This document shows, piece by piece, positions 47,352-59,768 of a stretch of DNA of 64,000 nt. Positions within the stretch are counted from its first letter, which is position 1, and every line of letters starts with the position of its first letter. Position numbers and translations under genes: made by a program. The notes under the pieces were generated by a model that ran no database searches, was not told the DNA's origin, and saw nothing but the letters and a program-made list of their open reading frames with translations. The DNA is from Macrostomum hystrix (lineage: Eukaryota > Animalia > Platyhelminthes). The stretch lies in NCBI GenBank assembly GCA_950097015.1, contig CATNEN010000001.1, positions 20,832,001-20,896,000 on the forward strand, given 5' to 3'.

Positions 47352-48412
47352 TGTGACGATTTTCCCGGCTGCGCCAGATGAATGAAGGCGAAATGACTAA
47401 CTCAAGAATCCTAATTCAGATAATTAAATTTGTCGAGTGGTAGCACTCTGGACTGACGATTGCGATTAAAATGGCGGTGACAATGGCTCTATTTGAAAAC
47501 GCCTCACATGGTAGGGTTGCAGCAGAGATGGGGGCGTGACCAAACAAATGAACAGGCAGTGGCAATGTTAGACGAACAGCTAGTGGCAATGGGTGGCGAG
47601 AACAAGAGCTACGGACGAGAAAGAGCGGCGGGACGAGGCCAAGGAGGAGCGCACTGGGGCGGGAGTGGCGTTAAATAGGCTGGCGCAAAGTTTAACATAA
47701 TTTATGCTACTACGCGGGATTGGCTAGAAAATGAACAGGCAACTGACCTTTGCACATGAGCGTGGATGCGCGCGATTGGCTGGAAAGAAAAGAATGACTA
47801 CAGGCTGCGCAAGGGACGTAATTATAAGAATTCATTTATTCATTTATCCACCCATTCATTTATTCATTTCAGCGCAAACACGGCCCGGCCTAACCTGGCC
47901 TGACACAACCCGACCCGACACGGCCCGACGCGACCCGGCCCGGCCCGGCCTGGCCTGCAAAATCGGAGCCGGCCTGGACCCTATCTGGAGACGAGACCTG
48001 GAGGAGGCCGGGACCGCACAAGAAGATCTGATCGACGAAGGGACGGGGACAATGGACGCTAGGGAAAGGGGACTCCTTAGAAATGGGAACCCTCTGCTAA
48101 CTCAACCAATGCGTTTTTGGGCCTTTGCCCCTCCTTTGCCACTGCCCTCCTTAGGACAGTGGTTGGCGTGCCTGCCAACCAAGTATTCGAATGCTTTGCG
48201 CTGTACTAAACTCGGGGCTGTGACCCCACTCAACTCAAAACCTCTTGCGCGCTGTTGATAAGGCTTTACCACCCCCTCGGAAAGGGGGTATACGGAATAT
48301 ACGGAATTGCATATTATCTGACAGCGTAATTAAGCTCGCTAAAACAGCCTTACTCGGGACCACATTAATTGCAATTTCCATAGCGCATACTGCGGTAAGT
48401 GACAACATCACA
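47352..48412. mobile_element. Solo LTR (1061 bp) downstream of G4
   Basis: TGTGA...TCACA termini; 4-bp TSD ATAT/ATGT; the paralogous empty site is visible at ~57320-57345 (ggacagatatgactgagcgaagt). Confidence 0.8.
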
Positions 48413-49958
48413 ATGTGATTAAGCCAAGTCGCAAAAATATTCAGAACAAAATTTATTTTGTGGTACGCTTGTTTTTTAGCGACAAAAGAAATCTAACCCG
48501 ACAGTGTAGCTAGTAAAAGAGAAAACGCGGAAGAAACAGGTGTTCGGGCAAACGCTGTTTGTCTTTAAATTCGTTCAAATACTTCATTGGAACAGAAATG
48601 ATTATAAACTGATGCCTAAAGTACGCGATATGAGTATTAAAATAAAATCCATGCTATTGGTGATATATTATCTGATATACAATATAACATATAAGATAAT
48701 ATTTCTTTATTTTGCCTTTTCTTTCGCTCGTCTTGCTATAGTTTCTCTTTTTGCGCAAAATCAATTTATTATTTTTGTTTATTGTATTTCAATAACCATT
48801 TTCTGTATTTATTTACGCTTTTGCCAATAATGCTCCATCGTGTCTTGCAATGTTACTTTAATAAATTCGCTTATTATTTTTTTGTCACAGCTCATTTTCT
48901 CTCTTTTGTAAAAATTTGAACGGTCCTGGTTATTTAATATCCAGTTTTATATTAAGCAAATACATATTGCATAATGTTGGCAAAACAGGCTTCTTGCCTT
49001 AGCAAAATCGACTACTGCAACTAGATGGACCTTTTCCATCGTGCGAGCCAAGCATTTACAAAAGAAGCGACCAATTTCAGATGTCTTGTTACGCTCGTAA
49101 ACAGTCGAATTCTACGCTGACAAGCACAAACTCGAGCGCTATTGTATCGACCATGAGAAATAGTTAACCAAAATTTAAACACAATGGCCTGCAGAAGGTG
49201 AGCTTGCTTTCTATGTACTCAAATAGTACGCGTTTTAATATTGCTCGATTAAGGTGAAGGATGCTAAACCGCCTTTAAGTCATGTGCGGGCAAATTTTCG
49301 ACGAACTGTAGGTTTTAACTCAATTACCTTGCGTCTGTATAATTTGTTATCGAAAGTTATGAAACTCGAATGGAAATGCCAGCAAACCCAGCAGGACTGC
49401 TCATCTTTCCTTTTGAAGTTTGTTTTACCTGAGGTAAATAACTGCGTGAACTTTCTTTTGCTACCCTTTATTAATTTAGTTGATCCAGTCTTGTGCTGGC
49501 GGGTGTAGGGTCATTGTTGTGCTGGTGCTGCTATTAGAGACGCACAAGCTTCAACTCGAATGTAGAGAATTTATTCAGCTTTCTAATCAAACGAACATTT
49601 TGAAAGTCTGTTTGCACGACACGGAATTTGTCAGAATTTTTCTCCAAGTAGTGCTTTAGAATTTCCTATCTACTTAGTGTATTTTCGGGACAGCCAGTCA
49701 GGCCAAACTGGTCCGGAAAATGGGGGTTTGGCGGGGAGTTCTCTCCAGTTTCTATTCTCTAGAGCTCTAGTATGGGCCTGACCAACAGATTAAAAAGGAG
49801 AGGGAGTATAAAAGTTTACCAGGAACTATGAATTTCATAGTACAGAAAGCTGTAAAGCGAGTTATCTCACTTAAAGACCCGTGATTATATAAATGAAGTG
49901 AATGAAAATCAATAAACAAAATGACAAAATGACATCTTTTTCCTTCTTTACGAGTCAG

Positions 49959-52900
49959 ATGAGGCTGTGTTGCTCACTTTGGAAATCGCGGCAAATGCTT
50001 TTCTACCTGATATCGCTACTTGCTGCTGTACAAGTATGTACAGTGCTTTCTTGTGGGATTAGCAACAACGCGTGTCAGAACGGAGCAACGTGCAAGAAAT
50101 TAGGTCAAAGCAACCAATGCATCTGCCTTCCTGGATATCAAGGTTAGTTTGTTAACCAAAATATTCACAAATATATATTTCCTGTTAAACAACGTCTCTG
50201 CAATTTCAAATGACCGATCAATTCAAATATGCTTCCTGACTCACAGCTCGAAACCGGGTTTCTCACAAGGACGTCTCCAGTTTCTGGACTGGAAGGCTTT
50301 TTTAGCTATGACGACTTGTGGCCATTTTCCCAGCCAACAGACTTGGAGACAGACAAAATGAAGCACGATTTAAGAATGACTTATTTTACGTTTCATGCAT
50401 CGCACACCGTTTCTTATGTGAGATCTCGTTAAAAAAGCACGAAATATAAGTTACATTTCGTAACTTTCGTAACTTTCGTAAGTTACATATTAAGTTAAGT
50501 TATAAGCTTTTTATGTAATTATAGAAATTTGAGAATGGGTAGCAAAAAGAGATGAAAAAGGTAAGAGAATTAGAGAACAGAAATTCGCAGTTGCATACTA
50601 AGAAACAATACGGCAAACGTTGAAAGCAAAGCTGAATTACAAAAGCTCAGCCTTCTGCAAGACAAACAAAAATGAGCCTGAACTTAAAAAGCGTTTATTA
50701 TTAAGGCATAGCGAGGAATAAATCCACCACCCCAATAAATACCATATAGTCATTGCCATTAAAACTAATATACTATAGAGTATACGCTCGTAGACAGTCA
50801 AAATCGCAGGCAATGCAATACATATTCAACTGCTCAGCTGGCTGCTCCGGAAAGCTTGGCAATTAGCCTCTCTTTTTCTCTTGCACTCCTTGCCTTGGGT
50901 TGACAAGTCAATTTGGCAAGGTTTTTCATCATACAGTTGATAATTGACTTTAAAAATGCATCCTTTAAGTCGTCTCCTCTTGTGCACATCGTTCGGCCCA
51001 TGGAATATTTCACATCTCTATTTCACATAGAGATCACCGTCGATAAGTTAGTTGACCAGCTCGCCGAACAGCATCATTTGGTTGGCAGCACCAAGGAACT
51101 TGCTCCGAACCTCAGCGTTCTGGCGAATTTATTCTAAAATCTGCCAGCAGTGTCTTAGCAACTCAAACGCCACTTCCATCGGCATTGAAAGGCCAACGCA
51201 ATTGATTTCTTCTAGGAAGGCACACGCAGATGACGGAACAGAGGCTTTTAGTTCAACAGGCAGCAAGTTATTGGAGGCGATTAGGAGCTCTCAGCAAGAT
51301 TTGCAATTGTTCTAGCGGATAATTCTTTTGACACCGCTGGACATTGTAAATCGCTGGCATTCTGAGCTTTTGAGGCTGAACGCCCTCAGCCATTTTCCAA
51401 CTGGACCGGATTTCCTAGTGGATAGCTATATGAAGCTGACGGTATTCAGTGTTTCATGATTTGCATATCCACTTTTACGAGTATAACCGTATGCAGAGCA
51501 CTTGTACACCATTTTTTTTATTGAGATAATTAGAATGTCTTAACAGTGTTTTCGATTTTCAGTATTTTAATTAGCAGCACAGCAGTCAAGCGAAAATTCC
51601 GTCCATTTCAGAATATGTAGTCTTAAAACATCCCCTTCTGTTTGACCGATGAACGAGCGTGCAGTTTATTGCTACTCATCGTAGAGCAATTTGAAACTAG
51701 CAACAGTTAGCTGTACACCAATAAATGGTTCTTTTTTGCACATCTCGAAAACTGCGTACTCTCCACTGTGTACCCCTAAGTAATCACTATTCCTATGCCT
51801 GTCACCCTCACCGAGGTTTTTATGTGAGGACATTGTCTTGCTGCACATTTCCTCCTTCTTGAACGAACAAAAGGGCTTCTACCACCCCAATCCCACTAAC
51901 TGTTCCACCATCCCTTTTAGGGCCTCCAGATCCCCATGGCCATAACTTGTAGAAAAAATCGTGAGTTTAAAGCTCTTCTTCCAGTCCAAATGTTAACCGG
52001 AGACGTCATTAGTTTCTCAGAAGATTTGTCTCGGAGTATGGAGTGACAGCAAAGTTTGAAATTCGACAGCATACGAGTTTATGTAACTCGTGATTGGTGG
52101 CAACTATGCATCTTTAGATATTAGGATATACTTTTCTCGAATAAGAAACTGCCCGCATATTAACTTGGTGCTAATACGATGCTCGTATCTTAATCACATT
52201 TGCTAAATATCTCTAAACCGTTAAACAACTGCAGGCGACCACTGTGAAATCAACATCGATGACTGCGCCAGCCGGCCCTGCATCAACGGCCAGTGCACAG
52301 ACCTGGTGAACAGCTACAACTGCAGCTGCTACAGCGGCTGGGAGGGCTCCAACTGCAGCACCAACCATGACGACTGCTTCGCTGGCGCCTGTCTCAACGA
52401 GGGCCTGTGTCTGGACCATAATGGAACGTGAGTTCGCTTCATTATTTGGTAGTGATATAGATATCACTAAAAATCAGCTTTTTCTGAACTAATACTTTAA
52501 GTCAGTTTATCGTCCTGGGTGTAAAAATAAATGTATCAGAGTGATGATTTTCATGTTGTGAATTATTGACACATCGCCCACTATCACCCCATTGAGATTT
52601 AGAGTTGTTTCAGTGTTCGTGACTTTTGCCTCACAATCTCGGGAATGTATTTTCACAACGCGAATCACACAGCTGATTGCCTCAGTTTACAAACTTTTTT
52701 GCTTAAAGATCTGGAAATTTGTTACTATGAAGTGTAATTACTGGTTTCTATCTTCGCATGTATATCTGCTCCTGGGTTTTGATCTGCAAAGGTCTCTTTG
52801 ATTATCAAATGTCAAACGCTTCGCATTGGGAAAGTCAATCAGGCATGGCCACGAAAATACTTTCTACCTTAGTAATTATTAGCAATTAAAAAAGCAAATT

Positions 52901-55900
52901 ATATAGGGGCTGCGAAAAAAATTACTAATTATATAAAAAAATCTATATACACCTGCAAAATTATATTCACAATATCAATCTCAGCTTCAGCTGTGACTGC
53001 ACGGGAACTGGCTACTATGGCAGCAGGTGCCATATCAACATCGACGATTGCTTGGCGAATCCCTGCAAAAACGGAGCCACCTGTTTTGATGGTTTTAAAA
53101 GTTACTCATGCTCCTGTTATGACGGCTATAGTGGAAGAAACTGTTCTGAAGACTTGCTAGACTGTGTTCCTCACAAGTGCAAAAATAATGCTCTTTGCCT
53201 AGAACGCAGCAATCCAGCCCTGTACAACAACCCATTACAATGGTCGGTTCAGCTACTCCTTAGCAGCCGGATTCTTGTGTGTCTGTCCAACAGGTAGCAA
53301 ACGCGTCCTTGTGTTCTATTTTGTTTTTAGGCCAAGTATGAGCGAATACAAATATTTGCAATGCAATTGTTTGCAATTGTTTGTGAATGCAAGGGATTGT
53401 TACTGTTACTTCCATATTGTGTCACACAAATAAGCAGATTTATTTGTCCAAAGATTTAAGTTTTTCAAAGTTCAGGTCCACATCTTAGACTTGCGAAGCT
53501 ATTTCTATACGATTTAATAAATACGAGCTAAGTTTAATGAATTTTGTTTTGTGCTTCTGTTCTGCACTTTAGGCCTATTCCGTTTTCGTTGGACACTTTA
53601 GTCTCACAGCTCTTACCGAATTTATTACAAGCTAGTTTGCACTTTATGAGTCGGAAGGTTTGGAAAGTTTTTACAACTCTGGGTCTGTGATATCAGAAGC
53701 AAACGGAATACTCAAAATAATCAACTTTCATTGACTGTCTTCCTGAGTCTTTCACATTCTATTTCTAGGTCTTCAATAATTTATTCTGGGTTGTATTGAC
53801 TAACTGACTTAACACCACACATACATACAAACAGAATAATATAATTGGCTCGTTAATAGGAATAAATATGCGAGCGCTTCTTCATAGACATACGAGTATA
53901 AAAAAGACATATCTTAATAGACATATCAAACGTTGAAATCGCAAAAAACTTTCTACAAAAAAAAGAAAAAAAACTAACGACAGGTGCTTACGGGGCAACC
54001 TGCTCTGTGAACCCGGACGACTGCGTGCTGCCCGGCACCAAACAGAGCGTGTGCGCTCACGCCTCGAGCTGCACGGACGGCCTGGCCTCATTCACCTGCC
54101 ACTGCCTGCCCGGATATGAGGGCGCCAACTGCTCGGTGGACATCAACGAGTGCGAGCTGTTCCGTCAGCCGTGTCGCAACGGAGCTGTCTGCAAGGACCT
54201 GCTGGCTGACTACGCCTGCACCAACTGCCCGTCAGAGTTCGGCGGCAAGAACTGCAGCGTCAGGCTGACCGGCTGCGACTCCGCGCCGTGTCGGAATGGC
54301 GCCACCTGCGAGCCGGTTCTCTTGAGAGAGTTGCCGACACCTGAGCACGGACACCTGTGCACCTGCGCCGAAGGATGGACGGGCTCTCAGTGCAACCTCA
54401 CAACCCTGGTCTCATTCAACGGCTCCACCAGCTTCAGCGCCCTGCTCAGCATCGCAGCCTCGAGCAGCTCGGCTGACTGGACCTTCGAGCTCTCATTCCG
54501 GAGCAGTCTCACCCAGTTCGATCTTCTTCGGCTGTCCTCAGACTCGGGACTCATCCGAGTCGGTGCTCACAACTCCAGCCTCGTGCTGCTGCTGCTGAAT
54601 AGCAGCTCATCGTCTGTGATTGGTCAGACCAAGTGGCCAATCAGTGAAAGTTTGGCTGCTGCTGATTGGCTCACACTGTCAGTCAGCCTGACCAATGGCA
54701 GTGCGACACTGACTCAGACGGGGTCGTCAGGAGTGAGGCAGTCTCTCACACAGCTGGTTGACGGACTGTCGCACACATTCAAGCGAGGCTCAGTGTCAGT
54801 TCGGGTCGGAGGCGACGCAGCATCGGCCAGTGGCGGCTTCCGCGGCTGCGTGCGGGATGTGCGACTCGCGACTTCCAACTTGACATTCGTCGCCATGGAG
54901 ACCACGGTGGAGTCGAGCAACGCGACCTGGGGAGTGTGCAGTCGATCGGTGCAGTGCGGCAGCCCATGGCCCTGTGAGCTGAGCACGAGCTCGAGGTGCT
55001 TGGATGTGTGGAATGACTTTGTGTGCCAGTGCGCAGCGGACTTTGGTGGCCGCAACTGTTCCGTGCGACTTCCATCGTTCTCATTCGGACTGGGTGGCAA
55101 CGCGTCCTCAGCGAGCTTCGAGTCAGTGCCCGCCGTTTCAAGCGTGTTCGGCGGCGACTCGTGGACGATCGAGCTGAAGCTGGTGACTCTGTCTCCGAGA
55201 GCGTTTCTGATGCTGCTGGGCGACCCGAGCGACTCGGCGACTACTCCGCGACTGCTCGTCACGGTGAGTAAAGTTTACTCGTAGTCCCGGCGAATTGCTT
55301 CAGTAGTGATTTTTATACATATACCATACATACTGCTCACATTTCAGATTAACCCTGCAGGCCTTCTGTTTACCCAACTGCTGCTTAGCAACGGCTCCCT
55401 TGTCGCATCGCTAACATCCTCAGTCTCTGTGGCTACGGGGAGTTTTGTCTACGTAAGGATCTACTTATCGATCAAGGGACATGATGTTGAGATGTCTTTG
55501 TCAGTGGCGTCGTCAATGAAGTCAGCATCACCGAGCTGTGCAGCCGTTCTGCCGCGGCTGTCCAATCAGCTCATCATCGGTGGCTTCAGCGGAGCCACTG
55601 CAGCTTCCACACTGAAGATGTCTCTGCCGAGCAGCAGTGGCAGGAGGCTGAGGAGATCTGCTGCCGTCCTGCCGGTGAGCGTTGCATCAGCAGCCGGCAA
55701 TGTGACGGCATTCCGCGGCGTCCTGAGCTCCATCAGACTGAACGGTCAAAACACACTGCTTCTGGGATCCGTGGCATCCAGCTTGGTTGAGCGCCTGCCA
55801 GGAGCCGTGCTGCCGAGCTCCTCGGAAGGCGTGGCCATCGGTGCCACCCCGGAGAACTTCTGCGACACTTTCAAGCCATGCAAGAATGGAGCGACCTGCA

Positions 55901-56370
55901 CAAATGTTTTCTACTTTTCGTACTCGTAAGTGAGAAGGCTGTTAATGATGGCCTGAAGAACTGGGAATTTTATCGCCTAACACAATTTCAAGCTTTTCTT
56001 GAATCTCTCGAATCTGCAGCTGCAAGTGCGCCAGCGGGTGGCGAGGTGCCGAATGCACAGACAGGGACTTTGCTCAGCCTAGTGGTCTCTCTACTGCCGT
56101 CGTCATCGGCGTTGTCGTTTCCGTCGTGGCAGTGATTTGCGCAGTGGCAGGTGAGCAGAATCAATTGTTTTATTCACGATTTCAGTCACGATGATGAGTG
56201 GCACCACTTTCCATTGATCAGGGATTGTGACCCTGAAGATCTTGCGCTCGTCAGCAGGGCAGGAAAAGCCGCCCTCAACAGACATCGACGAGGACGGTCC
56301 GACATGTGTTCGAATGGGACACCTGAGACCTGAGGGAACGAAACCGTGCAAACAAGAAATGTTTTTCTGA
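49959..56370 (+). pseudogene. crb-like: G5: G4-like Crumbs-derived gene with a different first exon (signal peptide plus one EGF) and a 14-bp frameshifting deletion; tail would end QEMFF
   Basis: Exons: 49959-50142, 52235-52427, 52985-53293, 53984-55263, 55348-55925, 56020-56150, 56222-56370. Exon 52985-53293 is 309 nt versus 323 nt in G4. The frame breaks at ~53235 ([25 protein letters not shown]); all other exons are open. Confidence 0.78.
50830..51420 (-). mobile_element. Possible degenerate DNA-transposase (P-element/THAP9-like) C-terminal relic in G5 intron 1
   Basis: Stop-interrupted minus-strand translation IIR.NNCKSC.ELL...GLSMP...C..FH...SIINCMMKNLAK resembles P-transposase C-termini; judged by eye only. 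Confidence 0.3.
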
Positions 56371-57839
56371 ACAGTGTACAGTGACGCAATGGGATTTGAG
56401 TTTTCTTATGACATTTTTGTATCTGAGGTGCAGACAATATTCTTTAGTTTTCCGTTGCTTTTTTGTCCCATATCAGTAGGGAAATGTTCTAAATGGCTGA
56501 AATTTTCCTGAAGGGTATATTCATGACTATGCCTGGCCCCTTCTCAATGTCATGGTACTGGAGGTTTTGCGCATTCAGTTTTATTTTATTCACGAGTGCC
56601 TAATAGATCCTTCAGTCCGCAACCTGCTATCATTGTATCACCAACGAGGGTATTGTGTCAGTGCAGGTTTTCTGTGGGTTCTACCTAATTTTGTGGAACG
56701 ACGCAATGAGTGCTTGTGACTAAACGCTTTTTTAATGTGTCAGCCGATTTCTAAAGGTAAGTTTGTCAAAGCAAAACTCAAACGAAGCAGTAAGGGTGAT
56801 GGATTTTTCAATCCAACTGTTCTACTTATACATTCTGGAATATAATTAATCGTCATCTAAGCAACCCGCATATGTTTATAGATCATTTCATGTTTACTTT
56901 TAAATTTCTTTTAAGTTTTACGCTCATCAGGTAGCTTAGAGTAATTTTGTCACATTTTAGTTCTCCCTACATTTTACCTTCCTAAATTAAAAATGTAACC
57001 CTCCCCAAAAAAACGAATTAGCACTTGGTTAAAACTTTATGACGTGTCCTGTAGTAAACAGAAAAAGTAGTGCATTTGTATGGCTCGATATTGGCAGTAA
57101 GTTTACAATTTATCGATCGAGTGGTGGCTTCTATTTTAAGACGCGAACGCGTGGAAGAGGTTTCTAAGAATGGCACTAGAATGTATTCAGAGGAGTTAAA
57201 ACAAAGTACAAGCGTTCCCAAGAAAACTTCGAAAACTGTTTTAACGATCGCAATACATAGAGAAAATATGAAAATACGCAGCGCTTATAATGCAGGTAGA
57301 AAGCCAATTTACATGTACGGACAGATATGACTGAGCGAAGTGCAATCGTTCGGCACCACCTCAAAAGCTTTTCTGTACAGAGGCCAAGTAAACTTACTCC
57401 CGACCTTCCATTCGGTCGTTTTTCGCGTCGTGAGTAGACTATCCTAGCAGTATAGCGAGTAAAATAGGAAACACTGAATGAGCTGCATTTGCTGCATTTT
57501 CCAATTCTTCAATGGGATAGAAATTTGCAAATAAAATTTACATTTTAAATGTGATATATGAATCTTCAAAAATTATCCATAAGATTTGATACACTTGTTC
57601 CATCTGTCTATACTCTACAGTACGCGCCAAGCAACTACAAAAAACGCGAGCAATTTCATACGAGCTATTTTTGTTACACAAGTAAACAGATGAATACTTT
57701 GCCGATTGGCACATACAATGTCTGGCAGAAGGAGGGCTAGCTTAATAAGTAGTCTAAAATTGGGCGAGTTTTGACATCGCACGCGTCATGAGCGCGCATT
57801 TTTTTGACGAACTGTAAGTTTTTACTCGATGCACGCCAG

Positions 57840-58170
57840 ACATTAATAATATAACAATAATTGCAGAAGGGTAGCAGGCAATGGCACAATGGTGACACTC
57901 GCTGACTCCTGAGCACACACGCGCACAAATGGTGTGCAAGGCACACACTCACACAGGTGTGTACATCTGCCGTGACTGTCTCATCGTTAGGCAGTGTACA
58001 CTACGCTGTGCCTTGGAGTTTGGCACTCAAGGGCAAAAATTACATGACAAGCCCCCAAGCCTTCTCTCCGTGGCTGCGCCCCAAATGAATATGTGGCCTC
58101 GCCGCGGAATCGAGCTCAGGGACCTTGGTGCGAGAGGCAAACGCGTTAGACCACTCGGCCACTCACCCCC
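57840..58170 (-). mobile_element. tRNA-derived SINE (family A), most intact copy
   Basis: Reverse complement starts gggggtgagTGGCCGAGTGGtctaacgcgtttgcctctcgcaccaaggtccctgaGCTCGATTCCgcgg (A and B boxes); AT-rich tail. Confidence 0.8.
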
Positions 58171-58451
58171 TGACTCGATTACCTTAGTTCTGAATGCACA
58201 AATAATTTCTCTTGCTGATGTCTGTGAAACAGCATACGAACATGAAGTACACGACCCTGACAACCGTCGCTGGCACACGCGACAGTCCAACTGTCAGCGG
58301 CAGTTTTTTCACAGCTACACCCAGTGGAAGGGTTTAATGAGGGTTGGATAGCGAATTCTGCTGTGCTATTTAATTGCAAATTAGACTTACATGTGTCTCC
58401 TGCCTCAGTCTTTGCATTGACAACTATTGGAAAGGCAACAGCTCAACCCCT

Positions 58452-59645
58452 TGTAGTGTCGGCATGTTTATTTTATAATGCGTATATTTCTACCTGAAGT
58501 AACATATTCGCGCACTCAATATTAATGAATTATTATAATGTATGTTATAGGGTTGTTTTTTGTACATGCGCGCCCAGCCAGGCCTACGCACGCGATCGGC
58601 CGGTCACCCTGCTCTACAGCCAAGACATCGGACTAACCCCAGTCTGGTGGGCCCAGCCAATAGGAGGACGGCTGGCCAATTTGATGCGACCCGACTTAAG
58701 CGCGATACCCCGGGCCGGGCCAATCAGCAGCCAGTTCGTTAACCGGCAGGGTCGACCTGGCAGGAGAACAAGCGGCGCGGCCGGCACCCAGGCTTTGATG
58801 AGGGTTGGTGCGGGCGCTTGACTATATAACTGACTATTGCATTGTCATTTTGTTTCCATCGTCGTGTGTCTTTTCGTGTGTATTATCGTGTGTTTTTCGT
58901 CGTTGCAATCGTTGTTACGCATCCTAGTAATAGATACCGGGACAGGTAAACCGGTCCAACTAGCTAGTCGAAGAAGACCCCACACTCAATCCCACGTCAG
59001 TAAGTAGCTTGCGCTGAGCTCGGCACGTCTGGCCAACTGCTGACGGAGTGTTAGATAGGGATTGGCAAGCACGGAAGTACTCTCCATATCGCCGACAATC
59101 ATCGGTGGGACGCCGTCGAATTGACATTAGGTGTGGCAGGATAGAACTATCGTTGTGCCATAGTGCGGAAGTGCTTGCTGGTCGCCTCGGTTTCAGACTA
59201 GGGACTTTGGGTTAGGTTTCGTGTTATTTGTCTTGTTTTGTCATAGGGACTATCTGTTTGTCTAGGAGTTATTTGTGTCAAATATCATGTTATTTTCGTG
59301 AATTCTTGTTGATGTCCAGAGTATTTTCGAGTAGAGTTCGCATGTTCTTGTGTTGAGGCTACCGAGATTTTGTTAGTAATTTACCAGTGCGGGTTGTGAG
59401 TTTAATATTTAACCAAGTACAGTACCTGGCAGGGAACGGAAAGAGCGCTGCCAGGGGAATTAATCATTCATAGCTTTCTCTTGTTAACTAATTAACACTT
59501 AATTATCAGCTGTTTAGCTTGGAATCCCGAATCGTCTTGTCTTCGTTATTTTCGAGTTACGGCAATAGAGTCTCTCGCAAAGAGTAGGGACACCCGACCT
59601 CATTTAGGGATCTCAACGCAGAGAGACCTAAGTCAAAATATCACA
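58452..59645. mobile_element. Solo LTR (1194 bp)
   Basis: TGT...ACA termini; perfect TSD CCCT (58448-58451 / 59646-59649); the joined flanks match the empty homologous site at ~37340-37515. Confidence 0.85.
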
Positions 59646-59768
59646 CCCTGCTTGGCTCGAGATGTCCTAATTTTAACAGCATTAAATTAAGCACTTTAGA
59701 AGTTTAGAAGGTACTGTTCCTACATAAATAGAAATTAGAAACAAAAATAAAAACATAAAGACCTACTC

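Noticed and set aside
4208-56370. Annotation as Notch, Delta/Serrate or fibropellin
   Set aside because: No LNR, ankyrin, DSL, CUB or avidin domains seen; the signature EGF, LamG context and G3 tail point to Crumbs.
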